64,000 nucleotides of DNA from Promethearchaeota archaeon (GCA_048939765.1 JBHLPF010000002.1:52163-116162), one strand, 5' to 3'. Positions 28,995 to 37,868 are shown, counted from the stretch's first letter. Program-made: numbers and translations. Notes: generated by a model from the letters alone, not told the origin.

Positions 28995-29095
28995 GGTCGG
29001 AAGACAACTGTACATCAGCCTAGAGTTCCATGAACTCTGAGTTAGAATCTAGGTTCTGAGATCTACTCATTAACCGAAAAAGAGGACCGAAAAAA

Positions 29096-30235
29096 ATGGC
29101 TGAAGACGAGTTTCTTGGCGCGAAGCCCATTGTCATTGACAACGGCACTGGCCTTAGCAAGAACGGATACGCCGGCGAAGATCAGCCACGGAGTGTTTGG
29201 CCCACACTGATTGGATATCCAAGATATGAATCAATCATGACCGATGTTGACCACTATACCAGAGACTACTACATCGGTGAGGAAGCCATCAACCTGCGTG
29301 GTGTTCTGCGACTGGTCTATCCTATCACACATGGTGTGATTGATGACTGGGACGCTATTGAGAAGATATGGAGCTACACGTTCTATAATGACCTCAAGGT
29401 AGACCCGAGTGAGAACCCAGTCCTACTGACTGAAGCACCATTCAACCCACGTGAGAACCGTGAGAGAATGGCGTCAGTGATGTTCGACAACTTTGGTGTT
29501 CCAGCAGTGTACGTTGCCACACAGGCAGTGCTTTCGCTATACGCGTCCGGAAGAACGACGGGGTTAGTTATTGACTCTGGAGATGGTGTGACGCACATTG
29601 TCCCAATCTACGAGGGCTTTGCTATCACACACGCCATCAAGAGGATCGACCTCGCAGGCCGTGACATCACCGAGTATCTGCGTAGACTGCTTAGACAGAG
29701 GGGTTACTCCTTTGTAAGCGGTGCAGAGAAAGAGATTGTCAGAGATGTCAAGGAGAAGCTATGTTATGTAGCCCTTGATCCTGAGAGAGAACGAACCGTT
29801 GCCGACAAGGCAGGTGTTGACAAACCATACATGCTACCGGATGGTGAGGTAATCACTGTAGGTGCAGAAAGGTTCCAGGCACCAGAGTTGTTCTTCAACC
29901 CAAGCGCGATCGGTCTTGACACCCAGCCTCTAGACGACCACATTGTTGAGTCAATCAAGGCATGTGACGTCGACCTGCGACGTGACCTGTATGCCAATGT
30001 TGTGTTGTCCGGCGGTTCGACCATGTTTCCAGGACTCAAGGAGAGACTCCACAAGGAGATCACCGAGCTAGTCCCAGAGAACATCGAGGTCAGAATCATT
30101 GCTCCACCCGAGAGACAGTACTCTGTCTGGATTGGTGGAAGCATCCTCGCCTCGCTGAAGACCTTCCAGAAGATGTGGGTTTCCAGAAAGGAGTTCGAGG
30201 AAGCAGGACCTGAAGTCATTCACAGGTGTATCTAG
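29096..30235 (+). CDS. Actin (Asgard actin)
   Basis: [89 protein letters not shown]-terminal HRCI; 379 aa. Confidence 0.98.
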   Translation: MAEDEFLGAKPIVIDNGTGLSKNGYAGEDQPRSVWPTLIGYPRYESIMTDVDHYTRDYYIGEEAINLRGVLRLVYPITHGVIDDWDAIEKIWSYTFYNDLKVDPSENPVLLTEAPFNPRENRERMASVMFDNFGVPAVYVATQAVLSLYASGRTTGLVIDSGDGVTHIVPIYEGFAITHAIKRIDLAGRDITEYLRRLLRQRGYSFVSGAEKEIVRDVKEKLCYVALDPERERTVADKAGVDKPYMLPDGEVITVGAERFQAPELFFNPSAIGLDTQPLDDHIVESIKACDVDLRRDLYANVVLSGGSTMFPGLKERLHKEITELVPENIEVRIIAPPERQYSVWIGGSILASLKTFQKMWVSRKEFEEAGPEVIHRCI

Positions 30236-30245
30236 ACCAACAGTC

Positions 30246-30276
30246 TCTGAAGGTAGGGCTGCAACGCCCTCCTTCA
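30246..30276 (+). terminator. Stem-loop 3' of actin
   Basis: TGAAGG(T)AGGGC-tgcaac-GCCCT-CCTTCA followed by pyrimidine-rich CTTCTATTTCTCT. Confidence 0.55.
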
Positions 30277-30379
30277 AACTTCTATTTCTCTGGACTCCAT
30301 TTTATCGCAAATGAGCTTATTATGCAACCCGCCTTCTTTGACATGCGTCAATGACCCACTGAGGCTGAGGTAGAGGTCC

Positions 30380-30847
30380 GTGACATATACTAAGAAAGAA
30401 TTGAGGAACCACCTTAAGGATTTAATAAAAGGAAAAGCTGACTTGGCGAACTTCATATTTGAATACCAATCTGGACATACTGCATATTATTCGCGACTCA
30501 GAATCACTGTGACCTCTGATAAGATCGTACATTGGAAGATACCGAAAGGAACACCAATCGATATCAAGCAAGAAACTAAGGCCGCAAAAAAGAGAGAGAT
30601 TGCGTTTTCTGATGATATGCTGGCCGCATTCATACAGGAGTTGGTAAAGCAGAAGATATGGGACTTGGAGAACTGTTCAGAAAGAGCGCTCCCTAATGCT
30701 GCAGTGCTCACATTCTCGATTAGGGACGGAGATAATCTAGTGTTTGAGCAAAAGGTCTGGGAGAGTTGCAGATTTGACGACAAGACGACAAAGGAACTGA
30801 TAAGAACTCTCGCTTCAAACATTCCTCTAGATTGGCCCCCTCCATGA
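30380..30847 (+). CDS. Hypothetical protein downstream of actin
   Basis: 155 aa ORF, GAGG RBS before GTG, ends in WPPP. Confidence 0.75.
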   Translation: MTYTKKELRNHLKDLIKGKADLANFIFEYQSGHTAYYSRLRITVTSDKIVHWKIPKGTPIDIKQETKAAKKREIAFSDDMLAAFIQELVKQKIWDLENCSERALPNAAVLTFSIRDGDNLVFEQKVWESCRFDDKTTKELIRTLASNIPLDWPPP

Positions 30848-30867
30848 GTCTATTAGAAGCAACAGCG

Positions 30868-30897
30868 TCTGAAGAAGGGCTTTGCCCTATCTTCAGA
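30868..30897. terminator. Stem-loop between convergent genes
   Basis: TCTGAAGA-AGGGC-ttt-GCCCT-A-TCTTCAGA. Confidence 0.55.
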
Positions 30898-30941
30898 TTT
30901 CTAATGTATTCTGAGTTATCGCTCTCGCAATATCCAAGACA

Positions 30942-31574
30942 TCATGCTGTTAGTAATCTTTCTTGAGATGTCCCAATAAGATAACCGCCATAGCTAATTA
31001 TCCATGCTAGAATTGGATAGATAGCCCAGCGTTCCATTGATCCCTTTGGCATTCCGAAGAAAGTCACTGTCGAACCAGACGGAAGGCCGAGGTACGGGAA
31101 AAAGACTATTGTCAATGAAAGTGACATGAGTCCAAGTATGAGCGCAACGATTGACATTGGAGCTTTCTGATAGGAGTATGAAGCAATCGTTCCTAATCCC
31201 CCAAAGAGAATCGCGATCAAGGTAAATATGCTATGCATTGGCTGAAGGTAGCCGGGGAATATGCCTACTCCCATTGCACCAACTCCAGTCATAGCCAGCA
31301 AAGCTGGTAGGAGTCTTCTCTCTTGGCACCTATTTAGGAAGAACGCTCCGGCAAAGACAAAAACGCCCAGAATGAAAACTGATAGATTATAGAGCCAGGC
31401 GGTTGGTCCAATTCCCAGCTCACTGACATAATCGATGCGACTACTATATCCATCATGCCATGATTCCGCAGCAAGAATTCCCAGGAACCATTGAACGCCT
31501 CCAATCAAGAAGGAAGCGCCACTCAAGGTTTTCCCATCATATCTATTTTGTATTGAGTTACCTGACTGTGACAT
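30942..31574 (-). CDS. DUF998-like membrane protein
   Basis: YSSRIDYVSELG, GVGIFP...H, GSMER pattern, about 5 TM. Confidence 0.78.
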   Translation of the reverse strand: MSQSGNSIQNRYDGKTLSGASFLIGGVQWFLGILAAESWHDGYSSRIDYVSELGIGPTAWLYNLSVFILGVFVFAGAFFLNRCQERRLLPALLAMTGVGAMGVGIFPGYLQPMHSIFTLIAILFGGLGTIASYSYQKAPMSIVALILGLMSLSLTIVFFPYLGLPSGSTVTFFGMPKGSMERWAIYPILAWIISYGGYLIGTSQERLLTA

Positions 31575-31675
31575 GTTATTTCACAGGAACCGACAAGTAT
31601 TGAACGAATATAAGAAGTGGATATTCTTTGAACCACATAGTGGTTTGCACCACAAACTTGCCTGCAGGCAGCTCA

Positions 31676-33322
31676 CTATCTGCGCAGCGGCTTGAAGCTC
31701 AAGACGAATGAGTGGGCTCCATTTTCACCAATTTTCCGGAATTCGATGCTCCCACCATAATAGGTCATTAGGATTTTCGCAGTGAAAATTTCAAGTCCCA
31801 GATGTTTTCTATCGGGGATAATTCCACTTGTTATGGCAAGCTCAGCGTCACTAGGCAAAGTCAATCCTTTGCAGGCGATAATGATCTGGACTCTGTCCTT
31901 GTGAGATGCAATATTCAATTTTAGGGGATCATCGGAATGGAGATTGCGTAGAATGAATCTAAAGAGGCAAATGAAGACCAAATCAAGAAAGTCGTCAGCT
32001 ATGACTTGCGTCTTGCTGTTGCCTTCTAGGATAAGACCATCAGGATTTGCCCCAAGTGTGTCAACTACTTCATCATAAGCCTTTTTGATCATGTTCGACA
32101 GGTGAACTGGCCACGTTCTGGAAACCTCGTTCTCCTTTACTCTTAGTAATGCTGCAACTTGTCTATTGATTACTATCGCCTCGCCGGATAGGTCCTTTGC
32201 AGTTTCTTGGGGCTTGGAGAGGAAATCAGGATCGATTGACGCCGAGAACAGATCAAGATACGTTGTCATCCCTTGAAGAAGGTTACCTACTTTGTGGGCC
32301 CAGATATTGAGATAGAACTCAGTTTCTCTCTTGGCTTGCTCAAGCTCTTCTGTTCTTATTCTCACAGCTTCTGCCAATTCCCTGCGCGGCTCGATTATAT
32401 TGGAGATGAGCATAGCCACAGCTATTATTGCGAAACCCGCGTTAATTCCCCAGAACCAGAGTAGTTCTGCCAGATGAAATGGATTAGTTTGCACTGCGAA
32501 AGTCATAATAGAACTGACCCAGAGGATTAGTGCAAAGAAGTAGGCAAGTGTGATGCGGCTTTTCTCCTTCTTCCACGCAAAATAACTCTTTGCTAGCATG
32601 CCTGCGATTGTAGCCAAAGCCACAAAGAGGATGACCAATGCCAGCGGTGTAATCCCTGAGAGTCCTTCTCCGGTCGGAGACGTGATGAATACTGGCTCGG
32701 GACTAAGAAGGAACCAGAATAGCACAAAGGGAATCAAGCATAGTCCCCAGGCTACAGAAGCAATCTCCTGCCTCTTAGTCGCCATTGATTTCTTCTCTAT
32801 TGAGCCAAATAATAGGAATGGAATAAGAATGAATGCGAACGCAGTTATGATGGTTCGGTTTCTTTCTCGGTCGGCAAATGATGACCAAGATACTGATGAT
32901 GGATTTGTGACGAGATGAAATAGCATGAAGATGATGCCATCAATCACAATTAGCATGAGAGCAAGGTCTCTGAAATCTCTCTCCTGCAGATAATTCACTA
33001 GTGAATATGCCACGAGTGTGCTGTTCACTCCCATGCCTATTGACAGAAGCATGATGAGTCCCAAAAGAAGGGTTTCTGGAGCCAGAACGATTTGCGAGAA
33101 GCCGAATAAATGACATAGTGCAATAGGCGAGAGCGCAAAGAGGAAGAGAATGGTGATCAATCTCTCATTGAGCTTTCGTGGCTCATCGCCTAGCAACCAG
33201 AACATCCTCTTTTGCTTCAATGGAATTGGCAAAGAAATGAAGCCTATTAAAGCAATGTCGGGGGAAGGAGAGGAAATCTGTTGAGCTAGAAAAGAGAGAG
33301 GATACGAGATAAGGTGTTTCAT
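31676..33322 (-). CDS. Multi-TM sensor with degenerate histidine kinase domain
   Basis: 7-8 TM helices, VRIRTEEL coiled coil, H-box WAHKVGNLLQ, VIADDFLDLVF, HLGL...YGGSI; start uncertain. Confidence 0.78.
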   Translation of the reverse strand: MKHLISYPLSFLAQQISSPSPDIALIGFISLPIPLKQKRMFWLLGDEPRKLNERLITILFLFALSPIALCHLFGFSQIVLAPETLLLGLIMLLSIGMGVNSTLVAYSLVNYLQERDFRDLALMLIVIDGIIFMLFHLVTNPSSVSWSSFADRERNRTIITAFAFILIPFLLFGSIEKKSMATKRQEIASVAWGLCLIPFVLFWFLLSPEPVFITSPTGEGLSGITPLALVILFVALATIAGMLAKSYFAWKKEKSRITLAYFFALILWVSSIMTFAVQTNPFHLAELLWFWGINAGFAIIAVAMLISNIIEPRRELAEAVRIRTEELEQAKRETEFYLNIWAHKVGNLLQGMTTYLDLFSASIDPDFLSKPQETAKDLSGEAIVINRQVAALLRVKENEVSRTWPVHLSNMIKKAYDEVVDTLGANPDGLILEGNSKTQVIADDFLDLVFICLFRFILRNLHSDDPLKLNIASHKDRVQIIIACKGLTLPSDAELAITSGIIPDRKHLGLEIFTAKILMTYYGGSIEFRKIGENGAHSFVLSFKPLRR

Positions 33323-33556
33323 TCCAGAGCGACAATTTGAGGAAGTGCCTCTATCTTGAATTGAAATCGAGCAAGACGTACATAGGAGTGCATCCAGTGT
33401 AAGACCTTGAACGCAGGGATTATGAGGTATCCACTTCTACTCCACGCCCGATGAGATTATCAGTAGTTTATTCCCAATTTTGTTTTACACACAACAGCAC
33501 TCATATTTCCACCAAGTCTGTGTCCACGTGCTACAGAGATAGAATTCAACTGACTA

Positions 33557-34576
33557 ATGCGAATAGGTGAAGATTCTATGAGACGAAGAAATCTGGCGCG
33601 TCACATGATTCGTTTCATTGGAATCATCCTTTTCATTTTTCTTTTGTATAGTATTGACTTTACACAGGTTGCCCGATTGGCACTAACACTTGATGCAGCT
33701 TCTGTTCTATTGGCGGCAGCATTGGTTGTGCCGGTTATGATTTTGAAGGGAGCTCGGTGGCATGTAACCACATCCGCGCTGGATTTGCGCCTAGATGTTC
33801 TGGAAGCAGTTGATGGTCTATGCATCGCCCAGATGATGAGCTTCGCACTGCCCGGAGCACTCGGTGACCTCGTTAGAGTTCCATATTTGAAGGGTAGAGG
33901 TAATACAACTGAGCGCTCGATAATGAGTGTGTTTCTAGATGCCGTCATTGCATCTTTTGTCCCTTATTTGGTAACCACAATTGCCATACTCGCAATACTA
34001 GAGATTGATTTTCTCTTTGCATTGGCTGTAATTGGGTCTGTAGCTATCTTTCTGTTCGCTTGCTATGTCACTTACAGAGCTTTGAAATTCTTGCTTTCCC
34101 CGTGGCTGATAGGAGTGCGGATACGGAGATTGAAGAAGAAAGGGATCCCTGGCACGCATAGTGTTGGGATCAGCGAATCCCTCCGCCTCGCAGGGTGGAA
34201 ATCACTGTTCGTAGCCCTCATGCTAGCTGGTGGGGCTTGGCTGCTTTATACAATCCAGGGTGTGCTGCTGGCAAGAGCTCTAGATATCCAGCTTCCTTGG
34301 ATTTCTGTAGCTTTGGCTGTAACAATAACTGCAATGTTTGTAACAGTACCGATTTCAATCCAAGGGGTTGGTGTGAGGGAGGGGATTCTTTTGCTCGTAC
34401 TCGGAGCAATGGGAATCGACTACGCAACGGTCATCACATTCTCAATAATCCTCATGACAATCTCTCTTGTCCCTTCCATTTGGGGATTAATAAGCTGGCT
34501 TCGAGACCCCTTCATTAGAATCGAAGAGGCAGCTATAGAAGATGCAATTCTAGAACCATCCGTTTTTGTGGATTAG
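33557..34576 (+). CDS. Lysylphosphatidylglycerol synthase TM-domain / flippase-like protein (UPF0104)
   Basis: KGARW, LPGALGDLVR, VPISIQGVGVREG; multi-TM. Confidence 0.85.
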   Translation: MRIGEDSMRRRNLARHMIRFIGIILFIFLLYSIDFTQVARLALTLDAASVLLAAALVVPVMILKGARWHVTTSALDLRLDVLEAVDGLCIAQMMSFALPGALGDLVRVPYLKGRGNTTERSIMSVFLDAVIASFVPYLVTTIAILAILEIDFLFALAVIGSVAIFLFACYVTYRALKFLLSPWLIGVRIRRLKKKGIPGTHSVGISESLRLAGWKSLFVALMLAGGAWLLYTIQGVLLARALDIQLPWISVALAVTITAMFVTVPISIQGVGVREGILLLVLGAMGIDYATVITFSIILMTISLVPSIWGLISWLRDPFIRIEEAAIEDAILEPSVFVD

Positions 34577-34582
34577 CTTCTG

Positions 34583-35119
34583 CTAGACTCCGACGTAGCC
34601 CCTTGAGGTTCTTGCAAAGCCATTCGCAATGATGGTGATTAGAAGAAATAGCAGAATAGTTGAGAAATCAGCTACAGGGAACATTACAACCACACCCGTA
34701 AGGGCCACAGTAGTCAGACCAACCACAATCTGTAGTATTCGTGCCCAAAGAGGCACGTCCCTTTCAATCAATCCAATAGAAATCCTCGCCAGTCCCATTA
34801 TCATCCATGCGATTGCAAGTAGAATCAAAATAGTTTCTTCAGGTAGTTGAATGTTGAATATGAGCAGCGAAGCAGCTCCAATCCCAAGAATCCCTGCACC
34901 TAGATTCATCGCACGCCGTGATGTCCCCTTGGCCTTTACAGCAGCAGCTCTAGCAAATCTAGCAAGCCCTACCATGAACAGTGTTATTATCAGAAGAATG
35001 AATATTGCCACGCTGGAAGGTACCAACCCTATGAGCACAAAGCTACACAGTGCAATCGAAAGTGCACCCACCAGAATATCAATCGCTCGAAGCCAATCAG
35101 GTATTATAACTTGTTCCAA
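34583..35119 (-). CDS. HdeD/DUF308-like membrane protein
   Basis: Six TM helices in two internal repeats (WLRAIDILVG / WARILQIVVG; GLARF / GLARI / GFART). Confidence 0.7.
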   Translation of the reverse strand: MEQVIIPDWLRAIDILVGALSIALCSFVLIGLVPSSVAIFILLIITLFMVGLARFARAAAVKAKGTSRRAMNLGAGILGIGAASLLIFNIQLPEETILILLAIAWMIMGLARISIGLIERDVPLWARILQIVVGLTTVALTGVVVMFPVADFSTILLFLLITIIANGFARTSRGYVGV

Positions 35120-35225
35120 AATTGAAACCTCCGATATTCAGCTCCATTTTACCAGTCTGGCTCACCAACTAGAGTCACTTCAGAACTTAGTCCTGTGAGC
35201 AGGTGGTGAAGCTAGTCATATCCGC

Positions 35226-35732
35226 TTACAATTGCTGAGCCATCTCACTCAATCGTTGGACCAGGGTGCCGATGTTAGTCCCCTCCTTTGAACTCACAAG
35301 CAAGAAGTCAATTCCGTGACGTGATGTGATATCATGGATGGCATCATAGTCCACATCCTCACAGAGGTCCAGTTTGGTTCCGACAAAGAGCTTCCTGCTG
35401 CGTGACATATTGGAGACCATTCCTACCCACTCTTCAACTGCCAATAATGACTCGAAAGATGAGCAGTCGAAGACAATCAATGCAATTTTCGCTCTTGTGA
35501 CCGCAGCTGCCTCAAAGAACTTGAATTCTTCATGCTCATCGAACTCGAAAAACGATGCTTCAATTGAGGTGAATTCATCAACTGAGATCATCCAAGTAGC
35601 AATATCTACACCCATTGTTTCGGATGAGTCAATAAAAGTACCAGAAACCAATTTGGCGATTAGCGTACTTTTGCCTGCATCGATTGCTCCAATGACTGCT
35701 AGTTTCACCAAGCCTGATTCTTCGTCTGTCAA
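35226..35732 (-). CDS. Small Rab-like GTPase with degenerate G3 motif
   Basis: G1 GAIDAGKST, G2 TMGVD, G4 TKLD, G5 SSK; G3 reads FEFDEH instead of WDxxGQ. Confidence 0.85.
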   Translation of the reverse strand: MTDEESGLVKLAVIGAIDAGKSTLIAKLVSGTFIDSSETMGVDIATWMISVDEFTSIEASFFEFDEHEEFKFFEAAAVTRAKIALIVFDCSSFESLLAVEEWVGMVSNMSRSRKLFVGTKLDLCEDVDYDAIHDITSRHGIDFLLVSSKEGTNIGTLVQRLSEMAQQL

Positions 35733-35784
35733 TTCATCAAAATGGTACGTTTTGTTTGATAAAACGTTATTTTGGACTTACGAG

Positions 35785-36939
35785 CTAGCTCTTTTCCTGT
35801 GCTGCTTGTTTTTCTTTCTCTTTATCGAGGTCTCGAACGCGCTTCTCAACTGTAGACTCTGCCTTACCTATGTTCTTCTGGATTTTGTCGATTCTCTTCT
35901 GTCTGGTCGAAATCTCTTTCTTCTGGCGATCCTGAGCAGCATGATATTCTTTCTCTGCAGCACTCCACTCCTCCTTTGCTAGACGAGCCTGCTCCTGAAT
36001 ACTCTCATAATGAATCCTCTTTACTTCCGTAGAATTTCTGCAATTCTGAACATCATTCTCAAGATGTGCGGATACAGTTCCAAGATCCGCATTTGCCTGC
36101 TTTAGTTCAAGGTGGAGATGCCTAAGGTCTGTCAGCGTGCTGCTTATCTTCTTGTCCTTGAGATATTCTGGGTCGGATATCTTCATCTCAATTACTTCTA
36201 CCTCTGGGATTACCTGTTGAGCAACAGGCACACTCGGTGGTGGTGCCGTTACTGGAGCAGGAGCTGGCGTAGTCGGAGGTGGTTTTGCTTTAGGAGTAGG
36301 AGGCTTCGGCTTGGGTGCAGGAGCAGCAGGAGCCGCGGGAGCTGCTGGAGCAGCAGGGGCGGGTGGCCCGCCAGGAGGCACACTTGTTTCTGGTGGTGGT
36401 GTAGGTGTCACAGGGGGCGCCGGCTTATCTACAAGCGACGATTGTGAGCCTAATATCCCCTCTTCAAGGTCTTTTGGTGTGGGTATGGCAGGTGCCGCTG
36501 GTTGTGGTGGAGCTCCAGGTTCTATTGCTTCTGGTTGTGTCGGCATTGGAGGAGCCTGAGCCTCGTATTCTGCAGCAGACTCCAATAACTCTCTCACTTC
36601 ACTTGCTCTGAGCATACGGGTTTCAACAATCCCCTCGTCACCTTCTTCTATTCCTACTTCTTCAGCTCTGGCGAATGCCTCTCGGGCCTTTTCAAGCTCT
36701 GATTTCATCTTTGGTGCGCTTTTTCTCACTCGATCAGTCGAAACCTCACTCGGTCTAACCCATTTGTCTTCTGTTGTAGTGCTGACTTGATTAGTAGGAG
36801 TAGATGGGGCTACTGGCTCTGGTTGCGGAGTAGCCTTAGGGGTTTCAGGTTCTGCGGTAGAAATGAGTGACGCACCACAGCGCAGGCAGTATTTTCTGGT
36901 TGGGAGGTTTGCCTTACCACACTTGGCACATGTTCTCAA
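35785..36939 (-). CDS. Zinc-ribbon + proline-rich + coiled-coil protein
   Basis: CAKC...CLRC N-terminus, central Pro/Ala-rich region, about 120 aa C-terminal heptad-rich segment. Confidence 0.85.
   Translation of the reverse strand: MRTCAKCGKANLPTRKYCLRCGASLISTAEPETPKATPQPEPVAPSTPTNQVSTTTEDKWVRPSEVSTDRVRKSAPKMKSELEKAREAFARAEEVGIEEGDEGIVETRMLRASEVRELLESAAEYEAQAPPMPTQPEAIEPGAPPQPAAPAIPTPKDLEEGILGSQSSLVDKPAPPVTPTPPPETSVPPGGPPAPAAPAAPAAPAAPAPKPKPPTPKAKPPPTTPAPAPVTAPPPSVPVAQQVIPEVEVIEMKISDPEYLKDKKISSTLTDLRHLHLELKQANADLGTVSAHLENDVQNCRNSTEVKRIHYESIQEQARLAKEEWSAAEKEYHAAQDRQKKEISTRQKRIDKIQKNIGKAESTVEKRVRDLDKEKEKQAAQEKS
36318..36366 (-). repeat. Imperfect 9-bp tandem repeat encoding (PAA)n
   Basis: Protein PAPAAPAAPAAPAAPAP; DNA units such as GGAGCAGCA, GGAGCCGCG, GGAGCTGCT on the + strand. 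Confidence 0.7.
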
Positions 36940-37069
36940 ATTTCATCATCCCCAAGTCATCGCACTCCCATCAGTAGGAAATGAATACTGTAAAGGTTTT
37001 CTGAGGAGTATTCACGCAGAATTTGTTACAAAAGTTGCATTATTTGCTTATGTGGTATCTCATTACACG

Positions 37070-37290
37070 CTATAGAAGACTCCCCCAGCGCTTCGGCGTC
37101 CCATCTAGGTCTGTGAACACACCACCTGCTTCTGTTATAATCGGTTTCAGTGGTGCAACGTCCAATATCTTCATGATAGGATCAATCATTAAGTCTACTC
37201 TCCAAGCTGCAACGAGAAAATGTCCATAGTTGTCTTGCCTGCTTGTATAGCGGCATCAACTGCAAAGTCTAGAATTCCTCTGATTTCTAG
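37070..37290 (-). pseudogene. Internally deleted inositol-monophosphatase-family (HisN-like) pseudogene
   Basis: LEIRGILDFAVDAAIQAGKTTM (N-terminal helix) is joined out of frame to YGHFLVAAWRVDLMIDPIMKILDVAPLKPIITEAGGVFTDLDG (C-terminal motif); the catalytic DPIDGT core is missing. Confidence 0.75.
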
Positions 37291-37337
37291 CGTAGCAGTG
37301 AGGCCTGCTTCTTAGTTGAGTCGAAGCATTTCTGAGA

Positions 37338-37868
37338 TTAATTCCCACTGGTCTTTGCCAGCCTTTTTAGAACCGATATTTGACCGATGTGCATGGCCTC
37401 ATGCTCCAGAATATGGAACAGTATCCATTCAATGCTCACTTCAGCGCTGCCCACGTCGACTAGAACGTGAAGATTCGAATCGTCTAGGTTTCTTAGTCTG
37501 AGAAAGACTTGACTCCGAACCGCTGCGAGTCGGTCGATATAGAACTGAAGACCTTGCTTTGTCAATTGTGCGAGCCCCTCTTCTCTCAGAGCAAATGCAT
37601 GCTTCCATTTTTCATAGTCCATCTCCTCTCCATCGATATCCTCGAAGATCCATGACCATTCTACGCCTGCTATATGAAGGAGAAGTGTGCCAATTGTTTC
37701 AACATTTTCCATGTCTGGAGAATAGTCTAGCTCATCATCTGAAAGGCCATCAACGCTCCGGAGGAGTCGCTCGCGTGTTTTGTCCATCATTGAGAACAAG
37801 AATGCAACTCGAGGAGACAAATCTCCCCGTCTATCCAGCATTATCAGTTCCTTCGACTCTTCTGACAT
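37338..37868 (-). CDS. DinB-family protein
   Basis: TIGTLLLHIAGVE..W and WILFHILEHEAMHIGQI metal-binding His pattern. Confidence 0.88.
   Translation of the reverse strand: MSEESKELIMLDRRGDLSPRVAFLFSMMDKTRERLLRSVDGLSDDELDYSPDMENVETIGTLLLHIAGVEWSWIFEDIDGEEMDYEKWKHAFALREEGLAQLTKQGLQFYIDRLAAVRSQVFLRLRNLDDSNLHVLVDVGSAEVSIEWILFHILEHEAMHIGQISVLKRLAKTSGN

Noticed and set aside
28985-28996. CCTTAAATATGG upstream of actin resembles a eukaryotic CArG (SRF) box
   Set aside because: It has 8 A/T between CC and GG, not 6, and is better explained as the archaeal TATA box.
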